A DNA stretch of 60,922 bases, filler included, from Sluysia triapertura (GCA_046118255.1; 5 parts of 5 records of this genome joined end to end with filler, not necessarily neighbours in it), one strand, 5' to 3'; shown: positions 26,971 to 40,565, counted from the whole stretch's first letter. Numbers and translations: made by a program. The notes: generated by a model not told the origin, from the letters alone.

Positions 26971-27088
26971 ATTTTTTTAAATCAGAATTGGGGTTTTAGG
27001 TGCCACAATTGTATATATGTAGGGATAATTTTATTGTTAATTTTCATTTTGATGTATTGTATACATTTGATCATTAATAAATTATGTT

Positions 27089-27188
27089 NNNNNNNNNNNN
27101 NNNNNNNNNNNNNNNNNNNNNNNNNNNNNNNNTTAATTAATTAANNNNNNNNNNNNNNNNNNNNNNNNNNNNNNNNNNNNNNNNNNNN
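27089..27188. other. Artificial scaffold-joining linker
   Basis: 44 N + TTAATTAATTAA + 44 N. Confidence 0.97.
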
Positions 27189-27265
<77 letters not shown>

Positions 27266-27979
27266 GATATTTAACAATATGTGCTTGCTTCTATCTTTTC
27301 TGTCGATAATTCTTTAATCAACTTATCAAATAATTTCCAAGACAATCGATACCTTGTTATAAATTAATAACAAATATTATTCAATTGTTCCATAACAAGA
27401 CATAATAATTATTATTACTATTATTATTATTATTTTATAAAAAGCATCGTTTAATTTTAGACATTTACGCCTATTGAATTTCGTCATGATCAATTCTTCT
27501 CATATTCTACATATCTTTAATGAAACGTATCATTAATATTATCATTATTATTATTATCATTATTATTATATTGTATCATTATCACAATTATTATTATTAC
27601 TATAGTTATCAGACACATTACAGGTGCACCCACACAGGATCCAGGCCTGAAGGTGGCTTTTAGAGAGCCGTCAGTGGCTAGTTACAGCACTGTTAATAAT
27701 TATTTCATTATCATAATTATTGACATCATTTTAATCATTGTCATTATTATTATTATTATTGCTAACATTTTCATTATTATAATTATTATGAATAATAATT
27801 TATAATTTATTGAATACAGAATTCTAAACCTTATCAATATTTACGAGAACTCTTAGAAATTTAAAAATGGTAAAGAAACATTCAATATATTCTTAAATAA
27901 AAATAAAAAAGTATAATAATAAATGGAGTCTACCACTTTTCAATTATTTCAAATAGTAGTAATGTAATAATTATTAAAG

Positions 27980-28041
<62 letters not shown>

Positions 28042-28048
28042 TTTTCAC

Positions 28049-28572
28049 CAACGCTGGATAAGGGGCGGTCGACTTCCCGGGCCCGATATAAAAATAAAAT
28101 ATTTTTTTAGATTTTATAAATTAAAATCGATCATTTTTCATGAGACATCGATGTTTTAGCAAGCAATAAATTTTTTTCTTTAATAATACCGCAACGTTAA
28201 TTATTTTAATATTGTAAACTGTTTACAAACTGATTTTCAAAAAAATTAATTTAATTAATTATGTTATTGAACTTTTGACAAATAGCATTACAAAAAATCT
28301 TGTATGTTACAGGAATAGCATAACTTACTTTTCAAAGATCTCGCTAATTCGTCGCTCAAACTTCAAATGCGCTCGTTATGCTCGTATCGCTTGTAAATAA
28401 ATAACTATTGTATTATTTTTTAAGTTAAGTAAATTTTTATTTACACACTTCTTTATTGTGTAGTTTTGATTTTTTGACGTTTTGACTATTTTTATATATT
28501 TTGTATATTTTTGTATGAAACTGGCGCCAAATTTTGTTTGTCCGGGCGCTCAAAACCCTAGATCTGGCCCTG
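28049..28572. mobile_element. Possible hAT-type MITE with GC-rich termini
   Basis: GC-rich ends in AT-rich DNA; the right end reads CAGGGCCAGATCTAGGG on the minus strand. No intact 8-bp TSD seen. Similar CAGTG(G/C) termini at ~4353 and ~27692. Confidence 0.35.
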
Positions 28573-29002
28573 AATGTAAGTACACAAATTTTCTCGATAT
28601 TTCGTTCATCGGGCACACGAGAGAGCCTTTGTAATATTCATTCAAGATAATCGCCTTGAAACTGCACACCTTGAAATTGTAGTACAAAATTTCCTGCTAA
28701 GTTATTACAGCTTACAATATTGTTCATTTATTGACCTGCAGAAGATGACAATTATTCAGCATGTGTTAAATTAAATTATGTATTATCCAATTTACCTTGT
28801 CGCTCTTTATCGGATGATGGTGTGTACGAACCGCAATTTTCACTTCAATTGTCGTACTCGTTCAATGGTCCGTGATTTAATCCACTTTATTAATGTGAAT
28901 GATGAAGAAGCCATGACAGAATCTTATACTTATTTAACACATGAACTGTCTGTCAAAGATCAAATGGTTGCACAATCACTGAATATTCTCTTCACAAGTA
29001 AC

Positions 29003-29220
29003 GATGCAGTTCAATTCTCTGACCACTCAGCTATCAGCCCTATCTAACAATATTGTTTTTTATAGTCATATCTCACCCAATTCAATTATGTTTGGCCTCA
29101 AACATCTTGTAAATCATTTATTTCAACATCAGAAAGGTATTCGATATATGGGTGCACCAAATGTTAGATCTCCTAAAATTGACTGACCTGGAATCGAACC
29201 CAGGATCTTTTTGCTTCACA
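29003..29220 (-). repeat. tRNA-derived repeat: two half copies
   Basis: 29003-29070 = 5' half plus upstream flank (GGGCTGATAGCTGAGTGGTCAGAG); 29161-29220 = T-arm half (CCTGGGTTCGATTCCAGGTCAGTCAA). Confidence 0.68.
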
Positions 29221-29399
29221 ATCCTCAATGTGTTAAATACCAAATATTATGTTAATTATGTTCTTAGTGTAACTCCAAATATTTATTCAAAGTCAAACAG
29301 TATTTATAACAAATTACTGTGACAATATAATCACTACGAATAATGCCATTTCAAAACAGCTTTCCTAGACATTATATATATATATAATAAATAACTAAC

Positions 29400-29520
29400 A
29401 ATAATGGGCACGAAATAATATTTCAGTTGAGGAGCGTTTTGGTTCAGCAAGGTAGGATTGAAATATAACATTGATGCTCCAACTAAATGAGATTAATATA
29501 ATGATGATGATGATAATAAC

Positions 29521-29580
<60 letters not shown>

Positions 29581-30113
29581 CCCATGATTGCAACTACAAC
29601 AAGTCTTCCAAAAAACAAAATTATATCAGTTATTTTATCCAATATTATCACTCTAAAATATAAACCAATTAATTTCATTATATTATTAACTCACCTAAGT
29701 GCATTTCTCACTAACAAATTGAAAGCATTTGCTGAAGCAGAACAAAAATTTTGACCGTATATTGAAATCTAATTTAAAAAATAACATTTTATCTACTGCT
29801 AGTTAATAGTAAGACAAATTGAAATATTAATATTAAAAATATAATATTACTAACCATAATGTAAGCATTTTTGTTAAGAAATCGTATACACTTTTCGAAA
29901 CACTTCAAGCAGCAACTACAACACTTCAATACAATTGTTGTCAAGATATTCGGATTTGTTGAACGAACTTTTTCTTGTAAATACTCGAATATATAACGAA
30001 TTAAGCACACTACAGCTAAGATAAATGACCCGAATGCTAGAGATCCAACATGGTAACGAATTGCTCGCAGAAATGAATTCAAGACGACACACGATGGTAT
30101 ATCTTGTGGTTTT
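29400..30113 (-). CDS. Choline transporter-like protein (SLC44A2/4/5 group, CTL family), C-terminal internal exons
   Basis: Exons 30113-29855 (KPQDIP..FLRAIRYHVGSLAFGS..CCSCCLKCFEKCIRFLNKNAYIM), 29768-29695 (ISIYGQNFCSASANAFNLLVRNALR), 29652-29582 (VIILDKITDIILFFGRLVVV), 29482-29400 (APQLKYYFVPII). Phase-consistent GT-AG introns of 86, 42 and 99 nt. Flanking exons not found in this scaffold. Confidence 0.93.
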
Positions 30114-30453
30114 CTGATAAATAAGATTAGTTTGATGATTATTTGTCATTCGAATATGAAATACTCTCATTAACAACGATGAATAATAAGCTAGATATAA
30201 AAATAGTACTCCATTAAATGCAAAAAGTGTGAAATCAGTAGTATAAACGATGATGATGATGAAATAAAGTACAATGTAGCAATATTTATAACGTGTATCA
30301 ACAGTAATTAGAATTTTACTATTATTAGAAACAACAGAATTTTTATGGAGTAACAATGTACCAACAATACATTTTGAAACTGATGATGGAACAATTCATG
30401 ATATTTCAGAAAACTTAGGCTTGTAGGAGTAGTGGTAGTAGTGGTATAGTAGT

Positions 30454-30825
30454 AGATCCAAAACATACAGAAATTTTACTCATGTCGAATGATAACACAA
30501 TTTACTACAAATCAAATATATACAAACTGTTGTATCAGTATACTTTGTTTGCCCTCCTTTGTTATCTAATAATTTCCTGATCCTTAAAGGCTCATGCCAC
30601 GGATGAGTTTGGGGCACAAGTCTTTGATTTCGTCATCGTGATGCCACACTTTTATCATGGTTTCAATAAATGCGTCCTGGTGGATGGTTTATGGGTAGAA
30701 ACTCTCTTTTTGACAATTTCCTATAGATTTTCTACCTGATTCATGTCTGGAGAGTTTCCAGGCCAGGGTAGCAAATATTAAGAAAACCAAATAAAGCATA
30801 TTTTTCCTGCTTTAGTCTAATAATT
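30454..30825 (-). mobile_element. Tc1-family derivative (copy 4, partial)
   Basis: Reverse complement of the 16459-17000 interior, including the WPGNSPDMN region and inner left TIR. Confidence 0.82.
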
Positions 30826-32340
30826 GAATTACTTTGGATATGCCATAAACTAAACAGCATAAATATAAAAGTAGTATCAATGCAACTATTTTAATTATTA
30901 AATGCTTTTTCAAACAATACATTACAAATGCACTTGTGTTTGGGGTGTTGCCGAAAAATTCAGCTAAATTATTTAGTGATCAAACAAATAATCATTCAAG
31001 AAATTCTTCATTTTTTATTGGTAGATTTTAAATGTTCCAGAAAATTTCATTTGCTAACAGTAATTATCGTTTGCATGTATATTATTTCCTTGCTACATCA
31101 TTATGATGATTGGATGTTGGTTTTCGACTGTAGATGATACTAAGTTTCTACTGTAAAACAAACCCATAAAATACGTTTCGAATGGATTCAAATTCTTTTA
31201 AATTTCTGCCCCTCCATAATTTCTTATTCATCTGACAGGAAACACAATGAATTAAATTTAAAATTCAGACAAAAGTGAGGTTTTCATTTACGATAATTTC
31301 CTCCTACAACTTCTACAACCTTCTGTAACTTCAACATACCTCTACTTGAATTTAGAATTCATTCAGTAAAATTAGTTATTTCATTATTAATATACTTGTA
31401 GTAGTTTTATTGTCTTACTATTATTGTTGTTAATATTACTATTACTATTGCATAATTTCATGATTAATTTAACCTTGACAAAACGTATATGAGCTAATCA
31501 GATTGAAAGAAATGTCAAATGTTAAGCTATATAATTATGCAAATCGAATTTTCTTCAAAAATATTGATGATAAATGGAATTGTGTGCTACTAAGAAACAG
31601 CTTGTGTTGGTAAAAAATGACGGAGTGTTGTACTTTAAAAGAATGTAAAAAATGTAGAAATTCGTTTAAAAGAAAATGTTATTCTTTTAAAATACGAATA
31701 CGTTTGAATTTAAATTGAATATGAAATAACCAAATAGAATGTGTAATTAAAATGCAGTGCTATTACAGACTGTCCTTTTCTGCTATTGGTTGATATAGAA
31801 GACAGTTAGAGTCACATTAAGAACAATAATTACAGTCATTGGGTTCTAATAAAAACCAAAGTTTAGATATTATGAAATTTTTGAATTCGAAATTACCTAT
31901 CATAAACTTGAAGTTCTTCAAATAGAATCACAAATAGAAACATATTATTAATATTAATTTGAGGATCTCAAAGTTTATTACATTTTTTGATTCGTTTCTA
32001 TCAATGATCACCATGTACGGTGAGGATACGATTTGTGACAGCTCGGAATTAATCATTTTATGAAAAATAGAAAAGAAATAATGAAATAGCAGTTATGTTA
32101 GTCATAAAATTATTAACAAACAGCACAATCAACTAACTTATTTGTTAAATTTTGGATGAAGCTTTTAAGAGATTCATTTATTCTTTCTAAGTTATCGGTT
32201 TTCAATTCTTTCCAATCATCTGTAAAATGCTGAATAACAATATAATAATAATTATAATTGTAATAATAATCATAATAATAAAGGCTCTAGGCCATAATGA
32301 TAATTGTTAAAATAAAGTGTAGGATAATGTCTTATTATAA

Positions 32341-32600
32341 TAGAGGCGTTCCTAAAGTGTCGGTCTTAGGGCACATGCAGTGTGTGCTAGAATACATGAA
32401 TTTCCGATTCATTTCAACACTCGACTTAAAACATCAACCTTTATTACGTGGTAGAAATGAAGATTATCTCACGCATAGCATTCAACTTTGTAGAAAGAAA
32501 TCTAAAAAAGAAACATGAAAAATTTCCATACAATGGAAATATGAACACGTATCCAGAACTTTCGTAAAAACGTTAACGGTTTGAAGGAAGTTTATATCTC
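32341..32600 (+). mobile_element. Possible mariner left end and decayed HTH
   Basis: TAGAGGCGTTCCTAAAGT resembles mariner TIRs; followed by HSIQLCRKKSKKET..HVSRTFV. Confidence 0.3.
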
Positions 32601-33224
32601 AGGTATTCGGCAACACTCGTTGCATTGTTCCCCGACCTGATAATAAATCCCTTTCGGTTGACTGAGAGTACTCAACCTTACATGAACCAATTGCTTCTGC
32701 GAATTTTCAGTTTTCAAAGTAGGTGTGATTTTATTTCTTTTTTGGATATCATCAAAGCAAGGAACAAGTCATTATTATGTATTTCTTGTCTTCTACAAAT
32801 ACCCTGCTGTTGCTCTCTGAAAAAATTGTATGCCAATTCTTTTTGTTCTACCAATAATGGATGATACAAACACAAAAAATGCATTAACTATCGAGAATGA
32901 GGAACAATAGCGATAACTTCGACCGAAATTATTCAACATCGATGTGAATATAAACGTGGACTTGGATGACCCCAAAAAAGCCTGCTATGAATCAGTAGTA
33001 GTTTAAGGAGATGACGAATGGGTTAATTGTGAGGTAATGAAGAATGCTGATTTATAAAGAACATTATTTGTGATTACCCGCCGCATATCTTATTCTTTTG
33101 AGAATTTGAGATAATTCTATCCTTTCATTCTGAGATTTTACTCTATTTCTATATCTTACAATTTGAAATCAGATGCTGGTTTTCCTAAAAAGGAAAGTTA
33201 TATCAAAGCACAAAGCAAACTAAC

Positions 33225-33292
<68 letters not shown>

Positions 33293-33465
33293 GGAAATAA
33301 TTAAAAATTAAAATAAGTGTGATAAATATCACAAAGAATTTTTTATTTGAACATTTTAATAAATGAATCGCGATACGCGCACAAAAATTAAAATTAATAT
33401 CTAAAGCCAATTTGAAATTAATTAAAATGAATCATAGTTAAAAAGAATTTCAATACCCCCAAAAA

Positions 33466-33513
33466 ACAGAACATAGCATGCACAGAACATAGCATGCACA
33501 GAACATAGCATGC
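33466..33513 (+). repeat. Perfect 16-bp tandem repeat x3
   Basis: (ACAGAACATAGCATGC)3. Confidence 0.92.
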
Positions 33514-36500
33514 GGCACACCTGAGATTAATACTAAATACCGTTAATTTTTTAAATTAACAGACATTTTAAAGAGCCTGATAAAATCTTATTTAAACTTC
33601 ATATAGAAATATTCACGACCAAGTCTTAAATAATCGAAGTACATAATTCTCGAATTATAGTTATATATTCTACATTTCGAACATTGATAGAAATCTTTTA
33701 TAAAAATATTAATTACATAGTTACATTTAACATAAACATTGAAACGCTTGTGTAATGTGTTATATTAGAAAATGTTTACATATCGTATTTTTATTTGGAT
33801 TAGAGCATTATTATTGGTTGAGTGATTTTATTGGCTTTCAGTTACAGTGAGAATTATATTAAATTTGGATTTGGTGTTATTTAATTGGAAAAATGATATT
33901 TTAGTGTTGATTTATACGTTTATTGTATTTGTGTGAAACTTGAATCATCTGGATTTCGACTTATACGATGTGCAAAATTCGACGCATCCCTTTTAATAAA
34001 TAGTTCCATTAATTGTATCTGTAGTTTGAAATGTAACCAAAACAAATTTCGGAAAAGGTGAATAACAAAAAATTCGATCTTTATAAAATCGTCATTTTGA
34101 ATACGATACATTACAAGTTTTATTTGACGAATTCGATATATTTTATTTGATTTTTGTAGATCCATGATTAAATAAAAATAAAAATCTTACATCTTTGTAT
34201 ATTAATTTGACTTCAAGTATTTTACAAGATGGTAGTTCCAATTTCAGTTTCTGTATGACTCATAACATTATCATTTTTACCAATAATTAAAGTATAAGTA
34301 GATCAAAATTTGTCTTTAAATATTAATATATATATATATATATATTCCAAATCAGCATCACTAATACATAAATAATACATTTTCGTCCGAAACTTTTGAA
34401 CATTATACAATGTTGAAAGCGAACATGTCTTCATTGTGATTAATGAAGAATCCAAAAAATAATTAATTATACCTAAATATAAACATGCGTTTTGGTTTGT
34501 CAAAGGAAAGTCCTGATTTTTTCAAACTATAATATTCTCGTCTTCTTGCACATCCTTTGTCTCATTATTCTGGCTTTTGTTTTATAGGTAATGACTTTCG
34601 TGATACTGGTATTGTCTTACGTGATGCAGGTTTTTTATTTTTAAAATAATTTGTTACTAATAGTGACAAATCTGAGCTTAATGAACCTAAGTTCACTTCT
34701 GCAACAATTACGTCATCCTTTACATTTCTTGAACTTTGAAAATTTTCATCACTACCTCCAAGTATTATGTATTATTATGGATTTAACTTTTAATGACGGT
34801 GGGCATAAAGATATAGTATTATAAGAAAATTGACTTTTCTGTGTTTATCATGCTAATGGATTCATAATTGTGCCAACTTGTTAATTTATTTTTATAACTT
34901 TTACGATTTCCTACACCCCGTGGTACGGTAACTTTCATGATTACGTGTACTCATATTATTAAAATGTTTATATATGGTCCTACATACATATATATGGTCC
35001 TATATATTTTTATTGTATTCGTAATCTGGACATATTGTATTATTTTGTTAAAGATTTTTGGTGCATTAGATCCATTAATTAATATTAACATTTAGTTCGT
35101 GCGGCGTTTTTTCTTTACTAATGGTACTTCCTCCTACAATTTTTAAAGACCAATCAAAATAAAATTATTTGTTTATTTTGGACAATATTTTGTATCTTCT
35201 GTAGCACTTCTATATCTAAAAATAAATTAAAAATAAAAATTTACATTTATTAGGACTCTCCGATGAATCCGGAATATATTCGTCATCATGTGTAATGACT
35301 TCTAAAGAATTGACATTTTCTTTTTGGTCTCAAATTGTCCGATAATTTGTCGACCATTGGCGGTGCTCTGAAGCCTTTCCATTTCGGCCGAATTTCGGAG
35401 AGCTACTTGGTATTGGTTGTAACGTTGTAGAAGATCCATTTATAATAATTTTCTCTTGTATCATTTTTTACATAATGCATCAATATTGGGATATAATATT
35501 GTTATGAGTTAATGTCAAAGATGGTATCTTTGGCTGATACGTTTTGTGAGAGTATAATGATTTGCTCGAGTGGCAATTGATTTATTGACATTACCTTTAT
35601 TTATTTCACCATATTTTACGAGGGTTTTTGAATTACAAAATAATGATTTAACTTCGAATTTCATTAAAATTTTATATTTATAAATTATTAATAACTTATT
35701 AGTAACTAGAAAGTTTATTTCAACCTAAAAACCGTGTTTTAGTGGCCTTAGAGTGATCGTATTATATCTAAATTCATTTTTTATATCGAAATTATAAGCA
35801 TTATTAAATTTAAGGCCCAGGTTTTTATATTTGTAGATTATCATTGGGAGAATTAGCTTAAATTAAAAACAACCAAACATTTACGAATAAGTACTACACT
35901 AAATTCAGGAAAATTTGATTTAAAACTCGAATTTTAGTGAATTGCTTACTTGAAACAACCCTTTTATAACTTAATGAGATTTGACTTATAGTATAAAAAT
36001 TAAATGAATAAGTATTTGAATGTGTTTAAACTCTATTTATCTAATAGTAGTTTTGTTTAATTTATCTGCTCTATAGCTAGAAAATAATAATATATACTTT
36101 CAAGTTATCAAGATTCAAAAAGCTAAATTATTATTGATGTAAGCTTCTTCGATAATGCCTATGTTGTATGAATATATTAATTCTAACTTATCTGAATGTA
36201 TGATTTATTATTAATGTAAACTTCTATCCGGAAGTGTAGGCCTAACTTTAGTCTGTTAAAAGGAAATTTGTATTTAATGTACTTTAATTTTACCCTATAG
36301 CTCTATCATCAATCCCCCACGAAAGAAAACAAAAACGAAATAAAACTACAAATATTTATTAAAATCGAATAAAATGATTAGTGCACTAAGGAAATATAAT
36401 TCAAATGGTTTTCATTTTTATTTTTTATAATTAAATTTTAGTTAAAATTTTATATTAAATGTTTATACTCAAAACAATTCCAAAAGAATTTACTGTCACC

Positions 36501-36799
36501 ATAGAGTTACTTTTTGCCAAACAGTAAATGAATGCAACTCAAACTAATTAGAGTTTATTTTGTTATTATTTTTTGTTTTGTTATCATTGATATATATATA
36601 TTATTTAATGTGTTATTGTAATAATTATTTTCAGTATGATCGTTATTATATACAATTTATTTAATATAAATGTTTATAGTAATTCCAAAATTATTTAATT
36701 ATTTGCTATTAATTATTTTCAGTCTCATGGTTATTATATGCAATTATATTAATTAATTAATTAGATTGTAGTGGCCAACCCCTTAATTTAAAATAACTC

Positions 36800-37460
36800 A
36801 ATTAAAATTAAATCTATCACAATCACACTCTGTAACCACAATCACCACACAAACCACCACATAAAACAACAACACTCACAACCACAGTCATCACTCAATC
36901 CATTTTATAAAACAATAACAACTACAATCTTAACAGCTCACCAAACTACATACATCAATAAATTAATCCATATCTTAACATTCTCAACTCATTAAACTCT
37001 TACATTCATTTCAACAACTCAAAACACTCACTAACTAAACACCTTATCAAGATTCACAACGTCAATCCATCAAACACTTCACCAACCAACTCACAATCAC
37101 TATATAAACCCCAAAAATCATAAACACAAGAACGTTCAAACCATACTTATAATCATTTCAGAAATAATACCACTCTACTCAAATTTCACGCAATAACAAC
37201 ACTCAAAATCCACTTCACACAACAAACTCATCATCTACAAGCATCTCAACAACATTCCAATATATACAAAATTATTTCGCAATAACCACTAAAAACTAAA
37301 CCAACTTTAATCCTTTTTAACAAACACCCTAAGCTTAAACCTTTCAACAACACTTAACGACTATACATTCGCATCCATCTTATCACTTCCATTTCTACCT
37401 CCACCTTATAGCGCTAAATATTTCAGAACAAGATACAAAAGAAAATAGCAAGATCATGTC
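36800..37460 (+). mobile_element. Decayed A/C-rich LINE (Jockey/I-like) remnant
   Basis: Strong A+C strand skew; mixed-frame RLYIRIHL..IFQNKIQKKIAR resembles the LINE RT C-terminal Y...IRP...Q..QNK motif. A similar skewed stretch ending in a (TAA)n tail lies at 10460-10880. Confidence 0.35.
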
Positions 37461-38388
37461 TAAAGAGAAAGATTTATGTGTTTAATTATATATATTTTTA
37501 TTATCATCATTTTTTATTATTATTTAAATCATTATTATCTTCATCATTATCATTATTATCCTACAGCTTTATTATTATTCTTACTATTTTAATACCATAC
37601 CATTATTACTGTTATTATTATAATCTCTTATCAAATTATTATTATCATTTTTATTATTACTATTAATTACTATAAAGTACATTATTATTTATTATTATTA
37701 TTCCTTTTTAATCACAAGTACTTTTATCAGTACCATTATTACCTGTAGTATGACTAACTACAGTATTACTATTTACATTAATTATCCTGCATCTATTACG
37801 TAAAAATCAGCATATTACGTAATAGCTAGTCATTCACTGCTGATGAGTGTGTACAATCAAATTCTCACACTACCCAATCAGAATACAAAAATCGTGTACA
37901 TATATTGAAGTACATTCTGATTGGGCATACCACGCATCAGCAAACCCAAAACACCAGTCAATAAAAATTAAACAGACAGACAAGAAAATAAGCATAGTGA
38001 CAGCCAATTATTTAGTAAAAATTTAATGTTAGAAAAAAGTAATTAAATAAAAGTTAATTCAATAAAAAATTAATCCAGCCATATAGTTAAAAGAAATATT
38101 AAGCAGATTAAAAAGAAGTATCATCAGACAGACTTATTGATTAAAAAATTTAAGTAAAAAGTGGAAAATCAGACAGCCATCTTATAAAGTAATCGAAAAT
38201 TTTTATTACCACAGACGTATTGATAAGAAGTAAGCAAGACAACCATTAGTAAAAAAAAGTTAAATGATAATCTAATGATGGACAGTTTTCGACGTTATGT
38301 TGATGTTGTACTACAATGCAATAAAGTAGGAGCCGAGAACGTTATATTCGTAGATGCTGTAGAAGTCCCGGTTAAAGTGAGTGAAACA

Positions 38389-38488
38389 NNNNNNNNNNNN
38401 NNNNNNNNNNNNNNNNNNNNNNNNNNNNNNNNTTAATTAATTAANNNNNNNNNNNNNNNNNNNNNNNNNNNNNNNNNNNNNNNNNNNN
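38389..38488. other. Artificial scaffold-joining linker
   Basis: 44 N + TTAATTAATTAA + 44 N. Confidence 0.97.
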
Positions 38489-38562
38489 GGCCATAAGTTA
38501 TTAGCCAATTAAGTTAATATTATAAAATGGGACCAAAAAAGGTTTGGTAGTGAAAGGGTTAA
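38489..38562 (+). mobile_element. piggyBac-type right terminus
   Basis: Ends GGTAGTGAAAGGG-TTAA (CCCT-type TIR with TTAA target site) at a scaffold start. Confidence 0.5.
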
Positions 38563-40500
38563 ACCTATCCAGTACATACTATTACTTATCTTATTATTAT
38601 TGTGTATAAATTACACTCTAAAGGCGCTCATTTTGAATTTCGTATAAAATAAATTCAGGACATTTTAAATAACCATAATTTCGAATTCTACTTTTGATTT
38701 TTATTCTTTAATTAATTCTTTAAAACCTTTATTGAAATATGAAATCCATTTTTTATGAAAAAATTAAATAGTGAAATTTTAAATTTATTTAAAAATTGAA
38801 TTTCACGTTTTTTGGTGCTTTATTTAAACAAGAAAGAAATATATTATTATGTTTTAATAGGTTACTAAATTTTAAATGTTTAATTTTTTTAAAAAGTACA
38901 TACGACAGTCAGTTTTAATAAATATTAAAAATTATTGATTGCCATAAAATATAGACACGGTTTAATTAACATTTTTTTAAAAAACATTGTTAAAATCCAT
39001 TAACAGATTTTAATGGCAAATTTATAAATATTTATATTCTGTTATTATTAATAATTCTTTTATAATGTATATCAAACCTTACAATTGAAATAATCATTTT
39101 CATTGAAGATATTGTGAAAATCACTATAAACTATATAACATTAAATAATCAATTAATTTTTTATTAATCACGGGAATCGTCGAAAATATCAGTTAAAATC
39201 TATAAACAATAAAACAAAGATATAAATGACAAAGTTTCAAATGGTAATGTTTAATTTTGGAAATTAATTTTTATATTTATGGAATATTTAAATAGTACAT
39301 ATTAGAAATATTTAAAATACTCTTTCAATGACATTTTTACACACATTATTTTATACAATATAATCAACAAAATATGAGTGTATGAATATTAAATGTACTT
39401 AGTACATTTTGTATTAAGAATTAAACTCGAAGAATTAAGTAATGGTTTGTATATTGAAAAGAACACTTAATTTTATTGAATATATATTTTATTCATTTGG
39501 TTTTTGTAATAATATTCATGTTTTTAAAATGTGGGTTCCAGTTAATTTAATTAGTTTAATGATAAATATGAATATATTTTCAAAGAAAAATGAATTTAGA
39601 TAATATTTTGAACATTATAATTAATGTAAGAATTTTTTTGTGCACTTTACAGATAAGCGTGCAGTTGCTGCCTGCTATATTTATCTGTTATATTTCCGTG
39701 AACATTAATAACGTTCTACAACATTATCTAATTTGATAAACACTTGATGACAAGTCACAATAAAATGCTTAAACAAATATTAACAAACATTTATTGCTCT
39801 ATTTTGACGAAATTTACAAATAAACGAGTTATTACAAAAATTATATGTCTGGGACCCCGCATGGGCATTTAAGGGTTTGTGATTTTTCTAACACTTAATC
39901 TAAAGAAAGATATTTATTAGCTGGTCCAGTTACAGTAAACGTCTTAGAACATATAATTGGCGTTCCTGTAATTAATTAAGTTAATAATTATTTTAGTCCT
40001 AATCGTAAAACTTCAAAACTACTAACCAATTTGATACCTAAGGGTCTTTTTGCAATAATATTTTATAATTAATGCTTATCTCAATATAATTAGTAATGAA
40101 ATAAAACCACAATTTCGAAACTTTATTATTCACAAATTCAATAATTTATAAATATTGCAGAACTTATAATAAGAAAAAAAGATTGAGATTATTTATAAAT
40201 ATTAAAGTTAAAACTACCTTTTTATTGATGTTTTAATTTACCTGTATTTTGTTTCTCAATATATCGGGGAAACTTAAATTTTTCTTTAAAATATTTAAAT
40301 TTGTCTGTATTTTAAGATACTAATTTTATTAATCAAAATTAGTTTATCACCTTACACAAAGTAACTTACATTTAACATGGAATCAACGAAAATCTTTTCC
40401 AAATTGATTGGTAATGTTCTGGGAAAGCTAAATATTGAATATTGAACACTTATTCAATTGTCAAATTTTCAAAATAGCGATTCTCATTAAACAGATGCTA

Positions 40501-40565
40501 GTTTATATACTAGTCGTTAGCCAATGAAAATCGATAGAATGTTCTAGAACATTCTAGAAGCTTCT
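40501..40565 (-). promoter_or_regulatory. Heat-shock element (six alternating nGAAn units) with CCAAT and TATA box
   Basis: 40536-40565 aGAAt gTTCt aGAAc aTTCt aGAAg cTTCt; CCAAT at 40521-40525; minus-strand TATATAAA at 40509-40502. Confidence 0.55.

Noticed and set aside
2216-30113. Ethanolamine kinase and choline transporter-like gene as a Kennedy-pathway cluster
   Set aside because: They lie on different scaffolds separated by two artificial linkers.
33198-33410. Poly-Ile/Leu/Tyr 'membrane protein' ORFs (also 12801-13079, 14870-15232, 37478-37666, 53731-53946, 57916-58140)
   Set aside because: They are translations of (TAA/TAT)n and (GAT)n microsatellites.
33466-33513. CRISPR-like direct repeats
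   Set aside because: Contiguous 16-bp units with no spacers and no cas genes, in a eukaryotic context; a simple tandem repeat.
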